From IMG/VR virus record IMGVR_UViG_2778261105_000011: 41,989 nucleotides of DNA; one strand, 5' to 3'. The stretch is from a virus. Lineage: Duplodnaviria > Heunggongvirae > Uroviricota > Caudoviricetes. Shown piece after piece: positions 25,590 to 37,022 of this stretch; position 1 is the stretch's first letter, and each line of letters opens with the position of its first letter. The notes beneath the pieces were generated by a model, which saw only the letters and a program-made list of their open reading frames with translations, searched no databases and had not been told where the DNA came from. The position numbers were made by a program, and so were the translations under genes.

Positions 25590-26483
25590 ATGGACCAGAT
25601 GGCAGAAAACACACCAGAAGTTGAAATCGAAACCGACGCGTCAGAGCAGATTCCTGATGATGTCGAACTGGCTGAAGAAGTCGAAACAGAAGATGGCAGT
25701 GAGTCCTCCGGCAATGATGCAGAGGAAGCTACTGAAACTGATGACGACGAATCAGAACAGGAATTCTACTTTGGTGACGAAAAGCTGGATTCGCCAACCA
25801 GCGAAGATAGCGCAGAGCATGGACTGGTAAAACACCTGCGCAAGACGATTAAAGAGAAAGACCGCGAGCTGAAAGAGCTGATGCGTCAGTCTCAGAAACC
25901 CGTCGAGCAGCAGCCGGTAATCACTCAACCACCGCGAATGCCAAAACTGGATGATGAGGACATCGGTTTCGATGAAGAAATCTATCAGCAACGCATGGCT
26001 AAGTGGGCAGAGGATAACGGAAAGTACCAGCAACAGGAGATGGCTCGCAAGCAGAAGGAGCAGGAGCTTCAGGCTGCCTATCAAGAGCGATTATCCAAAT
26101 ATCAGCACCGTGTTAAGGCTCTCAAAGTTCCTGGCTATCAGGAAGCTGAGCAGGCCGTACTCGAGGAAATTCCCATCGAGACACAAAACGCGATCCTGTT
26201 TGAGTCAGAGAAGCCGGAAATCGTTGTTCTGGCACTCGGTCGCAACGCTGAACTGCGCAAGCAACTGGCAGAAGCTACCAACCCCGTAGCAATTGGTCGT
26301 CTGCTGGAACGTATCGAATCGAAGGCCAGAATCATGCCAAAAGCAAAAACCACGGCAGCCACAACCCCGACAGTTAAGGGGAGCAACGGCGCAGTAATCA
26401 ACAACCTCGACAAATTGAAAGCCAAGGCGCTGGAAACTGGTGACTGGACGCCGTATTTCGCCGCTAAAAAGGCAAAAAAATAA
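25590..26483 (+). CDS. Scaffolding protein (P22 gp8 type)
   Basis: 297 aa, highly acidic N-terminus, helical/charged composition, positioned between portal and coat genes. Confidence 0.75.
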   Translation: MDQMAENTPEVEIETDASEQIPDDVELAEEVETEDGSESSGNDAEEATETDDDESEQEFYFGDEKLDSPTSEDSAEHGLVKHLRKTIKEKDRELKELMRQSQKPVEQQPVITQPPRMPKLDDEDIGFDEEIYQQRMAKWAEDNGKYQQQEMARKQKEQELQAAYQERLSKYQHRVKALKVPGYQEAEQAVLEEIPIETQNAILFESEKPEIVVLALGRNAELRKQLAEATNPVAIGRLLERIESKARIMPKAKTTAATTPTVKGSNGAVINNLDKLKAKALETGDWTPYFAAKKAKK

Positions 26484-26501
26484 CCTATCGGAGCATTAAG
26501 C

Positions 26502-27755
26502 ATGGCTAACCAATTAGCAAAAGACCTTGAAATCATGTTCGAAAACTACGTTGAAGGCTTTGAGGCCGCCTGCGTAGTTTCCCGTAACGCTAAAAAATTC
26601 CGTCCCGGTGATACAGCAATGCAGCGAGCAGGTGATGTTCTGTATCGCCCGCAGCATTACCACATGAACATTGAGGAAGGCCTCGATCTCAGCAGCAAAA
26701 CGCCTACCGCACTGGTTCAGCGCCTTGTTCCTTCTGTGTTCAAGGAGCCGAAAAACATTCTGTACACTCTGGATGCGCGTGAAATGCGTGACCCGGAACA
26801 TAAAACTGAGGCTGGTCGAGCCGCAGGTATGCGCCTTGCTGCACAGATTGACTCTGACCTGATTTCCATGGTCACGCAGCGTGCTACTAACGTGATCACG
26901 ATGGCTGACTCAACCACAGGTACACAGGGCCGTGATTTGTGGAACTGTGCGGCAGGTATTGATGCCACCATGACGGCGATAGGTGTACCGCAGGGTATCA
27001 ACCGTCGCTCTTTCTGGAACCCCTTCAACTACAAAGACCTTGCTGGCGAGCTTGGTCACCGTGCCTATGCTCAGGGCGCAACCCTGACAGCATACGAAAA
27101 AGCGCAGATCCCTCCGGTTGCTTCCTTTGATAGCTACAAGACCGATATTTCTGGTCGATTACCGAAAGGAAGCACTGAATCCTTGACAGTATCAGGCCAA
27201 CCTGAACACAAGGTTGAAGCGAAAGATTCAAATGGTATGCCAGTTGATAACCGACAGGGGACTATTACGGTATCTGCATCTGGCTTGCAGGTTGGTGATG
27301 CGTTCACCATTGCCGGTGTGAATTCCGTACACCAGATCACAAAAGATACCACCGGTCAACCGCAGGTATTCCGTGTTCTGGCTGTTAGCGGAACTACCGT
27401 AACAATTTCTCCAAAGATTCTCCCTGTTGAAAATACTGATGTTGCGAGTCGTCCATATGCAAACGTCGATGCCAAACCGGCAGAATCAGCAGCAATCACC
27501 ATTCTCAACAAGAACGCAGCACCTGCTAACCTGTTCTGGGCTGATGGTTCTGTTGAGCTGATGTACGGCAAACTGGCGTTCCCGACTGGTCAGGGTCCAC
27601 AGGTAATGACAGCAACCACAGAGCAGGGCGCTACGCTGATCATGTCTTACGCCTTCGACCACATCAAAGGCGTAACCACTGCTCGTTTCACCACTCTGTA
27701 CGGTTGCTCTGTACTTGTTCCTGAATATACGGGCATCGTTATTGCCGGGCAGTAA
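26502..27755 (+). CDS. Major capsid (coat) protein (P22 gp5 / Sf6 gp5 type)
   Basis: 417 aa, position and size; followed by a strong terminator. Confidence 0.85.
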   Translation: MANQLAKDLEIMFENYVEGFEAACVVSRNAKKFRPGDTAMQRAGDVLYRPQHYHMNIEEGLDLSSKTPTALVQRLVPSVFKEPKNILYTLDAREMRDPEHKTEAGRAAGMRLAAQIDSDLISMVTQRATNVITMADSTTGTQGRDLWNCAAGIDATMTAIGVPQGINRRSFWNPFNYKDLAGELGHRAYAQGATLTAYEKAQIPPVASFDSYKTDISGRLPKGSTESLTVSGQPEHKVEAKDSNGMPVDNRQGTITVSASGLQVGDAFTIAGVNSVHQITKDTTGQPQVFRVLAVSGTTVTISPKILPVENTDVASRPYANVDAKPAESAAITILNKNAAPANLFWADGSVELMYGKLAFPTGQGPQVMTATTEQGATLIMSYAFDHIKGVTTARFTTLYGCSVLVPEYTGIVIAGQ

Positions 27756-27761
27756 TTTTGG

Positions 27762-27785
27762 TGGGGCTTCGGCCCCATTTTTATT
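27762..27785 (+). terminator. Rho-independent terminator after the coat gene (UGGGGC-UUCG-GCCCCA then U-run)
   Basis: Read directly. Confidence 0.7.
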
Positions 27786-27796
27786 GGGAGAAGACA

Positions 27797-27985
27797 ATGG
27801 CACGAACAATGCTCTATAAGCCTGGCAACATGATCACCTGTGGTCAGTTTGCTGTCGATTACATCATTGTTGATGACGAAGAAGTTAAATCTCACCTGAA
27901 AAAAGGCTGGGTAAAAACTCCTGAAGAAACCGCAACGAAGCATAAAGTGGCTAAGGCGGAAGAAGATGGCGAAAACGAAGGGTGA
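27797..27985 (+). CDS. Small hypothetical protein (62 aa)
   Basis: ATG at 27797 with GGGAGAAG Shine-Dalgarno; track ORF 27758..27985 is the extended form. Confidence 0.35.
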   Translation: MARTMLYKPGNMITCGQFAVDYIIVDDEEVKSHLKKGWVKTPEETATKHKVAKAEEDGENEG

Positions 27986-28427
27986 TCTCGTTCTTAAGGC
28001 TTTACGAAAAGCCGGGCTGTATTCCAATGCCACGTTGACAGATGCTGACCCTCAGGCAATTGAAGATGCCATTAATGACCTCGAAGACATGATGGCAGCA
28101 TGGCAGGCTAAAGGTATCGAGCTTGGATATCAGTTTGCTGATACAGAAAACGGCATCATGCCGTTACCTGACGATGATTCAGGTATCCCTGCATGGGCAA
28201 ATGATGGCGTCGCTTTGAAGCTCGCTGTGCAGGTGTGCATGGATAACGTCATTCAGCCGTCAGACGCTCTCCTTACCGCTGCTGACAGTGCATATCAGAC
28301 AATCTGCATCGCTTTAACCAAAATACCACCACTTGAGCGGCGAAATGACATGCCTCGCGGTAGTGGTAACAAAAGCGCGTTTACGTGGAATCGGTTTTAC
28401 ATCGAGAAAGATGATCCGAGTACGTGA
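27966..28427 (+). CDS. Head-to-tail adaptor (P22 gp4 type)
   Basis: N-terminus ..KTKGDLV..ALRK.G...ATLTD..PQ...DA..DLE.MMA.W matches remembered P22 gp4. Confidence 0.7.
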   Translation: MAKTKGDLVLKALRKAGLYSNATLTDADPQAIEDAINDLEDMMAAWQAKGIELGYQFADTENGIMPLPDDDSGIPAWANDGVALKLAVQVCMDNVIQPSDALLTAADSAYQTICIALTKIPPLERRNDMPRGSGNKSAFTWNRFYIEKDDPST

Positions 28428-28436
28428 GGTGAATAA

Positions 28437-29855
28437 ATGCCGATTCAGCAACTTCCGCTTATGAAAGGTGTCGGCAAAGACTTTAGAAACGCTGACTATA
28501 TCGACTATCTGCCAGTGAATATGTTGGCTACACCCAAAGAAATACTCAACAGCAGCGGATATCTTCGCTCATTCCCGGGCATTGCCAAACGTTCTGATGT
28601 GAACGGTATATCGCGCGGCGTCGAGTACAACATGGCGCAGAATGCTGTTTATCGTGTGTGTGGTGGAAAGCTCTACAAAGGCGAAAGTGAAGTCGGTGAC
28701 GTCGCCGGAAGTGGCCGTGTATCAATGGCGCATGGTCGGACATCACAGGCGGTAGGCGTTAACGGGAAACTGGTCGAGTATCGCTATGATGGCACGGTTA
28801 AAACCGTCTCAAACTGGCCTACAGACAGCGGATTCACGCAGTATGAGTTAGGCTCAGTCCGCGACATTACGCGATTACGTGGGCGTTATGCGTGGTCAAA
28901 AGACGGCACTGATTCATGGTTTATCACTGACCTTGAAGACGAATCGCATCCTGACCGTTACAGCGCACAATATCGTGCCGAGTCTCAGCCGGACGGCATC
29001 ATCGGTATCGGGACATGGCGAGACTTCATCGTCTGCTTTGGTTCATCGACTATTGAATATTTCTCCCTGACTGGCGCAACCACCGTTGGTGCTGCTTTGT
29101 ATGTCGCACAGCCATCACTGATGGTGCAAAAAGGCATCGCCGGGACTTACTGCAAAACGCCGTTTGCTGATTCGTATGCGTTCATCAGCAATCCGGCAAC
29201 GGGTGCGCCGTCTGTGTATATCATCGGCTCCGGTCAGGTGTCACCAATTGCCAGCGCGAGCATTGAGAAAATCCTCCGCTCCTACACTGCTGATGAACTG
29301 GCTGATGGCGTGATGGAATCGCTGCGATTTGATGCGCATGAGTTGCTGATTATCCACCTTCCGCGCCATGTTCTGGTGTACGACGCATCTTCAAGTGCCA
29401 ATGGTCCGCAATGGTGTGTGCTGAAAACAGGCCTGTATGACGATGTGTACCGCGCTATCGACTTCATTTACGAAGGCAATCAGATAACGTGCGGCGATAA
29501 GCTTGAATCGATGACAGGAAAATTGCAGTTCGATATCAGCAGCCAGTACGACAAGCAACAGGAACACCTGCTGTTTACTCCGTTGTTCAAAGCGGATAAC
29601 GCCAGAGTTTTCGACCTTGAAGTTGAATCGTCAACTGGAGTTGCGCAGTACGCCGACCGCCTGTTCCTCTCTGCAACCACTGACGGCATAAATTATGGTC
29701 GTGAGCAGATGATTGAGCAGAATGAACCGTTCGTTTACGACAAACGCGTTTTGTGGAAGCGTGTCGGGCGAATCAGGAAAAATGTTGGCTTCAAATTGCG
29801 CGTTATCACGAAGTCACCTGTAACTCTTTCTGGCGCTCAGATAAGGATTGAGTAA
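28437..29855 (+). CDS. Tail hub / head completion protein (P22 gp10 type)
   Basis: 472 aa, same length as P22 gp10 and conserved gene order. Confidence 0.8.
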   Translation: MPIQQLPLMKGVGKDFRNADYIDYLPVNMLATPKEILNSSGYLRSFPGIAKRSDVNGISRGVEYNMAQNAVYRVCGGKLYKGESEVGDVAGSGRVSMAHGRTSQAVGVNGKLVEYRYDGTVKTVSNWPTDSGFTQYELGSVRDITRLRGRYAWSKDGTDSWFITDLEDESHPDRYSAQYRAESQPDGIIGIGTWRDFIVCFGSSTIEYFSLTGATTVGAALYVAQPSLMVQKGIAGTYCKTPFADSYAFISNPATGAPSVYIIGSGQVSPIASASIEKILRSYTADELADGVMESLRFDAHELLIIHLPRHVLVYDASSSANGPQWCVLKTGLYDDVYRAIDFIYEGNQITCGDKLESMTGKLQFDISSQYDKQQEHLLFTPLFKADNARVFDLEVESSTGVAQYADRLFLSATTDGINYGREQMIEQNEPFVYDKRVLWKRVGRIRKNVGFKLRVITKSPVTLSGAQIRIE

Positions 29856-30556
29856 TGGCGGATTCGAATCTCAACACTCCTGTTATTGTGCAGGCGACGC
29901 GGCTCGATACATCAATCCTTCCACGCAATATCTTCAGCCAGTCTTACCTGTTGTATGTCATTAATCAGGGGGCTGATGTCGGCGCAATTGCCGGGAAGGC
30001 AAATCAGGCTGGTCAGGGCGCTTACGATGCACAGGTGAAAAACGATGAACAGGATGTCGAACTGGCTGATCACGACGCAAGAATCACCGCAAACACAAAA
30101 GCGATAAATCTCCTTGAGGTCAGGTTAACAACCGCCGAAGGGAAGATAGTCGTACTGCGTAGCGATGTTGATTACTTGCTGGATGAGGTTATCGATATTC
30201 AGGCGCATCTGGTCACTGTTGACCAAAGACTGGATGACGTAGAAAACGATGTCTCTGGCATTAAGAGTGATTACGTATCGAAAACCGTAACAGAATCGCA
30301 GTCTCTTGCGTCACCGCTGGATGTAAAAACATCATATTCAGTTGATGGAATTCAGGTCGTTGGAGCAAGGCAGACCGGATGGACAGCGGCCACAGGCACA
30401 CCACTTCTTGGCTCATTCAACGCTAACCAGTCATACACGGTCGGCACTACGTACACACAATCCGAAGTCGCAGCTATCGCTACAGGTTTGCAGCAGGCGC
30501 GGCAGCGTATTCTGGCGCTTGAAACAGCACTTAGATTACATGGGCTGATTGACTGA
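29855..30556 (+). CDS. Tail needle protein (P22 gp26 type)
   Basis: 233 aa; N-terminus [36 protein letters not shown]... and C-terminus ...[19 protein letters not shown] match remembered P22 gp26. Confidence 0.9.
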   Translation: MADSNLNTPVIVQATRLDTSILPRNIFSQSYLLYVINQGADVGAIAGKANQAGQGAYDAQVKNDEQDVELADHDARITANTKAINLLEVRLTTAEGKIVVLRSDVDYLLDEVIDIQAHLVTVDQRLDDVENDVSGIKSDYVSKTVTESQSLASPLDVKTSYSVDGIQVVGARQTGWTAATGTPLLGSFNANQSYTVGTTYTQSEVAAIATGLQQARQRILALETALRLHGLID

Positions 30557-31011
30557 TGATTACATTCAAACCAACGCGAAACATCGACCTGATCGAAGCA
30601 GTAGGAAATCACCCTGACATTATCGCCGGGAGCAACAACGGTGATGGATATGACTACAAACATGAATGCCGTTACTTTGAGGTTAACGTGCACGGGCAGT
30701 TCGGCGGAATTGTTTACTATCAGGAGATTCAGCCGCTGACCTTTGATTGCCACGCCATGTACCTGCCAGAGATTCGCGGATTCAGCAAGGAAATCGGGCT
30801 GGCTTTCTGGCGATACATTCTGACTAACACCACCGTTCAGTGCGTCACATCGTTCGCTGCACGCAAATTCCGCCACGGTCAGATGTACTGCGCAATGATT
30901 GGCCTTAATCGTGTAGGAACCATCAAAAAATACTTCAAAGGCGTGGATGACGTGACGTTTTACAGCGCCACACGCGAAGAACTAATCGACTTCCTGAATC
31001 ACGGGAGATAG
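30556..31011 (+). CDS. P22 gp14-type protein
   Basis: 151 aa, gene order after the needle gene as in P22. Confidence 0.6.
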   Translation: MITFKPTRNIDLIEAVGNHPDIIAGSNNGDGYDYKHECRYFEVNVHGQFGGIVYYQEIQPLTFDCHAMYLPEIRGFSKEIGLAFWRYILTNTTVQCVTSFAARKFRHGQMYCAMIGLNRVGTIKKYFKGVDDVTFYSATREELIDFLNHGR

Positions 31012-31013
31012 CC

Positions 31014-31706
31014 ATGTTATATGCATTTAAGCTGGGCAGAAAACTGCGCGGCGAGGAACCTTATTGCCCTGAAAAAGGCGGGAAAGGTGGCAGTTCTGAT
31101 AAAAGCGCAAAGTATGCCGCAGAAGCTCAGAAGTATGCCGCAGACCTGCAAAATCAGCAGTGGCAGACGATCATGAAAAACCTTGCTCCGTTCACGCCGC
31201 TTGCGGAGCAGTATGTTAACCAGCTTCAGAATCTTTCCAGTTTAGAAGGTCAGGGGCAGGCACTTAATCAGTATTACAATTCTCAGCAGTATAAAGACCT
31301 TGCAGGTCAGGCTCGTTACCAGAGTCTTGCTGCTGCGGAAGCGACTGGCGGACTTGGTTCGACAGCCACAAGCAATCAACTGGCTACGATCGCGCCGACA
31401 CTCGGTCAGTCTTGGTTATCAAACCAGATGAGCAATTACAACAATCTGGCAAACGTTGGGCTTGGTGCGCTGCAAGGTCAGGCAAACGCCGGGCAGACGT
31501 ACGCCAACAACATGAGCAGCATTGCACAGCAAAGCGCAGCTCTTGCCGCTGCTAATGCCAATAAACCATCAAGTCTTCAGACTGCAATTAGTGGCGGAAC
31601 GTCTGGTGCGATTGCCGGTGCAGGTCTTGCCAGTCTTTTGGGAACATCAACGCCTTGGGGCGCTGGCATTGGTGCTGGTATCGGATTGCTTGGCTCGTTG
31701 TTTTAA
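31014..31706 (+). CDS. Ejection (internal) protein, P22 gp7 type
   Basis: 230 aa, Q/A/G-rich with C-terminal glycine-rich hydrophobic segment; order gp14-gp7-gp20-gp16. Confidence 0.7.
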   Translation: MLYAFKLGRKLRGEEPYCPEKGGKGGSSDKSAKYAAEAQKYAADLQNQQWQTIMKNLAPFTPLAEQYVNQLQNLSSLEGQGQALNQYYNSQQYKDLAGQARYQSLAAAEATGGLGSTATSNQLATIAPTLGQSWLSNQMSNYNNLANVGLGALQGQANAGQTYANNMSSIAQQSAALAAANANKPSSLQTAISGGTSGAIAGAGLASLLGTSTPWGAGIGAGIGLLGSLF

Positions 31707-31715
31707 GGGGTAATC

Positions 31716-33122
31716 ATGGCTACTTGGCAAGGAACAAACGGCGGATTGTTAGCTGGTATCGGCGGCGTCAACTCAAACGCTCCGAGCGTAAATGACATCG
31801 GCAATACGCTTCAGTTTATCAGGCAGAACAATGATATTGAGCGTTCAGGCGCTAACAATGTTGGGCTGACTGCTTTGCAAGGCCTTTCAGGTATTGCGGG
31901 GGTGTTTCAGCAGGAAAAGCAGGCTCAGCGGCAGAAAGAATTTCAGCAGGCATACGCTAATGCTTATGCGTCTGGTGATCGCGGTGCTTTGCGTCAGTTG
32001 GCTACTCAATATCCAGAACAGATTGAATCCGTTCGTAAAGGCATGGGATTCATTGATGAAGATCAGCGTAATTCTATCGGCACCTTAGCGGCTGGCGCAC
32101 GCCTTGCGTCATCGTCTCCAGAAGCAATGCAATCATGGCTGCAAAACAACGCCAATGAGCTGGCGCGCGTCGGTGTTGACCCTAATAACGTTGCTCAGAT
32201 GTATCAGCAGAATCCTTCAGGATTTGGTGAGTTTGTTGATCACCTTGGAATGGCTGCTCTTGGTCCGATTGATTACTTCAATGTTCAGGACAAGATGGCT
32301 GGTCGTGAGATTGATCGCGGAAAACTTGCAGAGACAATCCGCAGCAATCAGGCTGGCGAGGCACTTCAGGCGAGAGGGCAAAACCTTTCCTATCAGTCAG
32401 CAATGACTGGGCACAATATCGCAGCACAACGCTTGGCTCTGGATCAGCAAGAGTTCGGGTTTAAAATGCAGCAAGCGCAGGAAAAGGCTCAGCAGTTGAT
32501 TAGCGAAGCACCTAAGCTGTCAGTAAACATGGAAAAAGGCATCGAGACGGCTGTAAACAATGCTACAGCATCAGCAAACTCAGCCAATTCTATGAGTGCG
32601 CTTGCTCAACAGTTCAGAGCAGAAAAACCAACGACAGGTTTGTTCGGTAACGCACAGAACATGTTCGCAAAACTTACCGGAAGCGATACGACATTGCGTG
32701 ATTTGCGCATTCGCCAAAATGCCCTTGTTAACAGTCAGGTTCTTAAATTCCTACCTCCCGGCCCAGCAACGGATAAAGACGTTGAGATCGTTCGACAGGG
32801 TGCGCCAACTGACATGGATAACCCTGAGACGGTCGCAAGATGGCTTGATGCAATGGCAAACCTTGAGCGACGAAACGCGCAGTTTAATGAGTTTAAAGCT
32901 GAGTGGATGAGCGCGAATGGCAACCCTGGACAATCGCGTAATGGCGGTCAGATATTGGGGTTGGATGTTAAAAAAGGTGAATCATTGGGGAGTGCCGTTA
33001 AGCGGTATATGTCAATGAATACTGACGCAGCACCAGCGCAAGATTCGACACCTTCAGGAGAACCACGGAATCAGGTTGGATCATATACCTCAAAATCAGG
33101 CATTCAATTTACGGTGGAATGA
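31716..33122 (+). CDS. Ejection protein, P22 gp20 type
   Basis: 468 aa, size and order. Confidence 0.7.
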   Translation: MATWQGTNGGLLAGIGGVNSNAPSVNDIGNTLQFIRQNNDIERSGANNVGLTALQGLSGIAGVFQQEKQAQRQKEFQQAYANAYASGDRGALRQLATQYPEQIESVRKGMGFIDEDQRNSIGTLAAGARLASSSPEAMQSWLQNNANELARVGVDPNNVAQMYQQNPSGFGEFVDHLGMAALGPIDYFNVQDKMAGREIDRGKLAETIRSNQAGEALQARGQNLSYQSAMTGHNIAAQRLALDQQEFGFKMQQAQEKAQQLISEAPKLSVNMEKGIETAVNNATASANSANSMSALAQQFRAEKPTTGLFGNAQNMFAKLTGSDTTLRDLRIRQNALVNSQVLKFLPPGPATDKDVEIVRQGAPTDMDNPETVARWLDAMANLERRNAQFNEFKAEWMSANGNPGQSRNGGQILGLDVKKGESLGSAVKRYMSMNTDAAPAQDSTPSGEPRNQVGSYTSKSGIQFTVE

Positions 33123-34960
33123 TGAAAGTAACTGCAAACGGTAAGACATTTACCTTCCCTGATGGTACGAGCACGGAAGATATTGGATCTGCCATTGATG
33201 AGTATTTTGCTGGACAGTCTGTTCAGCAACAAACTGTCAGCCAGGATAGCAATGAACCAGCACGTGAAGAACCATCATTGATGCAACAAGCTGGCGATTG
33301 GCTCACTGGTGGTCAAAGTGCAGGGCAAATTGCAGAACAGGCTGGTCGTGGTCTGGTAAACATACCATTTGACGTATTGCAGGGTGGCGCAAGTCTGATT
33401 AATGCAATCAGTCAGGGGCTTGGTGGACCCAAGGTTTTGGATGATGTTTATCGTCCAGTAGACAGACCGACAGACCCCTACGCGCAAGCCGGTGAAACAA
33501 TTGGTGGGTATTTAGTTCCAGGAGTTGGAACGGCAGGAAGCATGGCTATTGGCTCACTGGCAGAGGCTGCAAATCAGAAAGGCGATTTCGCACAAAATGC
33601 AGCAAGAAACGCCGGAGTTAACCTTGCCGCTCAGGGGGTTCTTTCCGCAGCAGCAAAGGGAATAGGGCGTGGAATAACGGCTATAAAAGGTGATATTGCG
33701 CCAGAAGTGGCGAAGAAAATTGCCACATCAGAATCGATGGGCGTGACACCAATGACATCTGATGTTATCCCGCCGAAAAATGCTTTCACTCGCGGCCTTA
33801 CTCAGGATGCCGAGGGGGCTTTGCTCGGGACAGGCTCAAAGAGAGCGGAGCAATATGCAACGCGTAGTAAGCTGGTAAGCAATTATTTTGACCGTTTTGG
33901 TGAGTACAACCCTGATGATGTGGTGAAATCTCTGACCACCACGTTAAGGGGGCGGAAGGATGCCGCTGGCGCTGTTATCAATGACGTCACCAATAAAATG
34001 GGTAATGCCGCAGTTGATACCACAAATACCATGAATGCTCTGAATACAGCGATCGCAAGACAGGAACGGCTTGGGACTTCAGCCAATCAAAGCCTGCTTA
34101 CATCCTTGCGTAACCTACGTGAAGAATTAGCAAACCCTGCAACTGATTTGGATGTTACGTTTGATCTCTTGCGTCAGCACAGAACAGCATTTAGATCTAA
34201 TGTTCAGGGAGATTCTATGGTCTTCCCCAACCAGGCAAAAGCAGCTACCAATATGGTAGAGAATGCAATGTCAAAAGACCTTCGTAACGCAGTTGCAAAA
34301 AACCTCGGTGCGTCAGACGCAGCAAAATACCTTAAAGCAAATTCCGATTATGCAAACGTTTATAATAAGGTGCTTAATAAAAACATTGCTAACAAGCTCA
34401 ACAAGGCAAGCAGTGAAGCCAGTCCTGAACTTATAAATACCGTTGTATTAAGCAGAAAGCCATCTGACGTGAAACGAATCTGGAGCGCATTGGATGATAA
34501 AGGGAAAGATGCTATGCGTGCAGCTTACGTCAGCAAAATAGCGGAAAAGGCCGGTGACTCTCCAGCCAAGTTCATCACTGAAGTTAATAAGCTTAAATCT
34601 CAGTCAGGCGGTGAAATTTACAACACTATTTTTTCTGGAAAGCACATGAAAGAGCTTGATGCTCTTCATGAAGTTCTACAGCAAACAGCAAGGTCAGACA
34701 CCGCAAATGTAGTAACTCAGACGGGGCAATCACAAGCCAACAGGATAAGGACGATTGGCGCAACTGCGACTCTTGGAGTATCAATGGGGCTTGAGGCTGG
34801 CTTTGGTGCAATGATGCGTTTGTATGAGTCCAAAGCCGCAAGGAATATGCTTCTTCGTTTGGCAAACACCAAAGCAGGAACACCAGCCTATGAAAGAGCG
34901 CTAAATAACGCTGCGAATGCCATCAGACCGCTGTTTGCTACTGAGGCAACACAGCAGTAA
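33119..34960 (+). CDS. Ejection protein, P22 gp16 type
   Basis: 613 aa, size and order; ATGA overlap with the gp20-type gene. Confidence 0.7.
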   Translation: MMKVTANGKTFTFPDGTSTEDIGSAIDEYFAGQSVQQQTVSQDSNEPAREEPSLMQQAGDWLTGGQSAGQIAEQAGRGLVNIPFDVLQGGASLINAISQGLGGPKVLDDVYRPVDRPTDPYAQAGETIGGYLVPGVGTAGSMAIGSLAEAANQKGDFAQNAARNAGVNLAAQGVLSAAAKGIGRGITAIKGDIAPEVAKKIATSESMGVTPMTSDVIPPKNAFTRGLTQDAEGALLGTGSKRAEQYATRSKLVSNYFDRFGEYNPDDVVKSLTTTLRGRKDAAGAVINDVTNKMGNAAVDTTNTMNALNTAIARQERLGTSANQSLLTSLRNLREELANPATDLDVTFDLLRQHRTAFRSNVQGDSMVFPNQAKAATNMVENAMSKDLRNAVAKNLGASDAAKYLKANSDYANVYNKVLNKNIANKLNKASSEASPELINTVVLSRKPSDVKRIWSALDDKGKDAMRAAYVSKIAEKAGDSPAKFITEVNKLKSQSGGEIYNTIFSGKHMKELDALHEVLQQTARSDTANVVTQTGQSQANRIRTIGATATLGVSMGLEAGFGAMMRLYESKAARNMLLRLANTKAGTPAYERALNNAANAIRPLFATEATQQ

Positions 34961-34984
34961 CGTATGGGAAATTGGATTCAATCG

Positions 34985-35374
34985 CTAACATTTTCTTTTT
35001 ACTTTTCCAACAAAAGCTTTGGTTGAATCCATATTTCCATAACCGGAAATGGTTTTTGACATTAAAACTGTTCCAGTAGGATGTATTACCCATGAGTCGA
35101 TAACGCGTTGAGTTTCGCCATTCGCGCCGATTCCTATGATGGAGTTTTTAGACAATGCTTTGTAAGCCATGCCGCCCGCATCTGTCCCAGAATATGTGAT
35201 GCTGGCATCTTCACCGCTTGTCTTAATGATGAATGTTCCACTAAAACCATCTTCTTCCGGATGGAAATTATTTCGTTCTGAATAGCTTATTCCGCGCATA
35301 TCTCCAACGACCCAGCACTCTGCTGTAGCCCCAAAAGATATGAATAAGAACATAGCAGCAAGAAATTGCTTCAC
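34985..35374 (-). CDS. Secreted (periplasmic) protein of unknown function, moron in the sieA position
   Basis: GTG start at 35374 preceded by TAAGGAGG; N-terminal signal peptide KQFLAAMFLFISFGATA; track ORF 34985..35449 is the extended form. Confidence 0.5.
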   Translation of the reverse strand: MKQFLAAMFLFISFGATAECWVVGDMRGISYSERNNFHPEEDGFSGTFIIKTSGEDASITYSGTDAGGMAYKALSKNSIIGIGANGETQRVIDSWVIHPTGTVLMSKTISGYGNMDSTKAFVGKVKRKC

Positions 35375-35438
35375 ACCAACCTCCTTAGTTTTGAGCAGGA
35401 TACCAGATGATAATGTGTAGTTGGAGTAGCGCGGTTGT

Positions 35439-35530
35439 AATGCAAGCATTTTGTTTTAGTTTTATGCTTGCTTGTATGTGTGCACAGTGTATATAATGCA
35501 AGCATAAATCACAACAAAGGTGCTTGCATT
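35439..35530. promoter_or_regulatory. Divergent promoter region with four copies of an 8-10 bp motif TGCAAGCA / TGCTTGCA in alternating orientation (35441, 35466, 35498, 35522)
   Basis: Direct reading; the last copy overlaps the ribosome-binding region of the downstream gene. Confidence 0.45.
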
Positions 35531-36499
35531 ATGACTGAAAAGAAAAGTGGCGAAGGGAAAGCTAAGGGCGGGATCGCTCGCGCAAAGTCGCTGACTAAAG
35601 AGCAGCGTTCTGAAATAGCAAAGAAAGCAGCTGCTGCAAGATGGAAAAGTAAGATTCTCAGGGCAACTCATCGTGGTAACTTTTTAGATGATTTTGGCAT
35701 TGATGCTGAATGTTATGTACTGGATGACGAGTCGAAAACTGTCGTTGTTACGAAAACTGGATTATCTCAGTTGCTAGGGATTGGTGAACATGCCAGGGAT
35801 TTAGATCAACTGCTTGGCGCTCAGTATATGAGCAAATACCGAGATCTAGAATTGCAGCGAAAAATGGAAAATCCCTATAAATTTCAACTTACTTCGAAGT
35901 CTAAAACCGTTCATCAAGCGTTAGGTTATGACATTACAGCAATTGTTGATATTGGTAGGGCACTAATAGAAGCCAAAGATAATGACGATCTACCACAATC
36001 ACGGTTAAAGGCAGCCGCCGCAGCACAGAGACTTATTAATGCCTCCGCTAAGGCGGGAATTAAGGGGGTTGCGTATGCGCTTGCTGGTTATCGTCCAGAA
36101 GTTCAGGCTGTCATTGACGAGTTCAAAGCGTTTGTTCGTGAAGAGGCTCGTCAATATGAAAAGGAATTTCCAGATGAGCTATACGAGGAGTGGTATCGAC
36201 TGTACGGCCTGAATAGGCCAGAGAAAGGACGGCCTATTCGTTTTGGGCAGCTAACCAACATGCAGATATACACCCCGCTAGCAAAGAGTAAAGGTAAAAT
36301 CCTTGAACAGATTCGAGCCAGCCGAGACGAGAACGGAAAACAATCTGATAAGTTGCATCTGTTCCTTTCTGAAATTGGTGTCAAGGCTTTGCGTCAGCAT
36401 ATCGGTAAGCTTCTTGGGGTCGCAGCGATGAGTGAGACAAGAGAAGAATACGAAAAAGGAATAGAAAAGGTTTTTGGAAGAATGAAACCAGAAATCTAA
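35531..36499 (+). CDS. Hypothetical protein (322 aa) with basic N-terminal segment, in the sieA position of the immI region
   Basis: ATG at 35531 (track ORF 35468..36499 extended); N-terminus ...KGGIARAKSLTKEQRSEIAKKAAAARW...; remainder unrecognised. Confidence 0.5.
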   Translation: MTEKKSGEGKAKGGIARAKSLTKEQRSEIAKKAAAARWKSKILRATHRGNFLDDFGIDAECYVLDDESKTVVVTKTGLSQLLGIGEHARDLDQLLGAQYMSKYRDLELQRKMENPYKFQLTSKSKTVHQALGYDITAIVDIGRALIEAKDNDDLPQSRLKAAAAAQRLINASAKAGIKGVAYALAGYRPEVQAVIDEFKAFVREEARQYEKEFPDELYEEWYRLYGLNRPEKGRPIRFGQLTNMQIYTPLAKSKGKILEQIRASRDENGKQSDKLHLFLSEIGVKALRQHIGKLLGVAAMSETREEYEKGIEKVFGRMKPEI

Positions 36500-36505
36500 T
36501 TATGA

Positions 36506-36532
36506 AACCCACCGTCAGGTGGGTTTTTTGTA
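36506..36532. terminator. Bidirectional rho-independent terminator (AACCCACC-GUCA-GGUGGGUU flanked by U/A runs)
   Basis: Read directly; the mnt stop codon lies in the loop. Confidence 0.7.
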
Positions 36533-36766
36533 CAAATCCTTCAGCGTATCAAACACCATCTTCTTAACAAGTTCGGACTGCTCATCAGCGAGTCGTTCTG
36601 CATCGTCGCGATATCCAGTCACAGGCGATGGTTTTGATAGAGCATCTTGGACGATTTGTAACAACTCGGAGTTCATTGATCTCCCATTCGCCTCCGCCCT
36701 GAATTTTAATTTCTCCCTTACTTCCATAGGCATACGGAAGTTAAAGTGCGGATCATCTCTAGCCAT
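36515..36766 (-). CDS. mnt: Mnt repressor (ribbon-helix-helix)
   Basis: 83 aa translation MARDDPHFNFRMPMEVREKLKFRAEANGRSMNSELLQIVQDAL... essentially identical to remembered P22 Mnt. Confidence 0.9.
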   Translation of the reverse strand: MARDDPHFNFRMPMEVREKLKFRAEANGRSMNSELLQIVQDALSKPSPVTGYRDDAERLADEQSELVKKMVFDTLKDLYKKPT

Positions 36767-36788
36767 GCCATCACTCCAAGTTAGTGTA

Positions 36789-36840
36789 TTGACATGATAG
36801 AAGCACTCTACTATATTCTCAATAGGTCCACGGTGGACCT
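36789..36840 (+). promoter_or_regulatory. Pant promoter with Arc operator (36794-36814) and 17 bp palindromic Mnt operator AGGTCCACGGTGGACCT (36824-36840)
   Basis: TTGACA at 36789-36794 and TATATT at 36812-36817 with 17 bp spacing; operator sequences match the P22 immI region. Confidence 0.85.
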
Positions 36841-36856
36841 ATATTGTGAGGTGAAT

Positions 36857-37018
36857 ATGAAAGGAATGAGCAAGATGCCGCAGTTCAATTTGCGGTGGCC
36901 TAAAGAAGTATTGGATTTGGTACGCAAGGTGGCGGAAGAGAATGGTCGGTCTGTTAACTCTGAGATTTATCAGAGAGTAATGGAAAGCTTTAAGAAGGAA
37001 GGGCGCATTGGCGCGTAA
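36857..37018 (+). CDS. arc: Arc repressor (ribbon-helix-helix)
   Basis: 53 aa [53 protein letters not shown] matches P22 Arc; track ORF 36794..37018 is the extended form. Confidence 0.9.
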   Translation: MKGMSKMPQFNLRWPKEVLDLVRKVAEENGRSVNSEIYQRVMESFKKEGRIGA

Positions 37019-37022
37019 AGTT

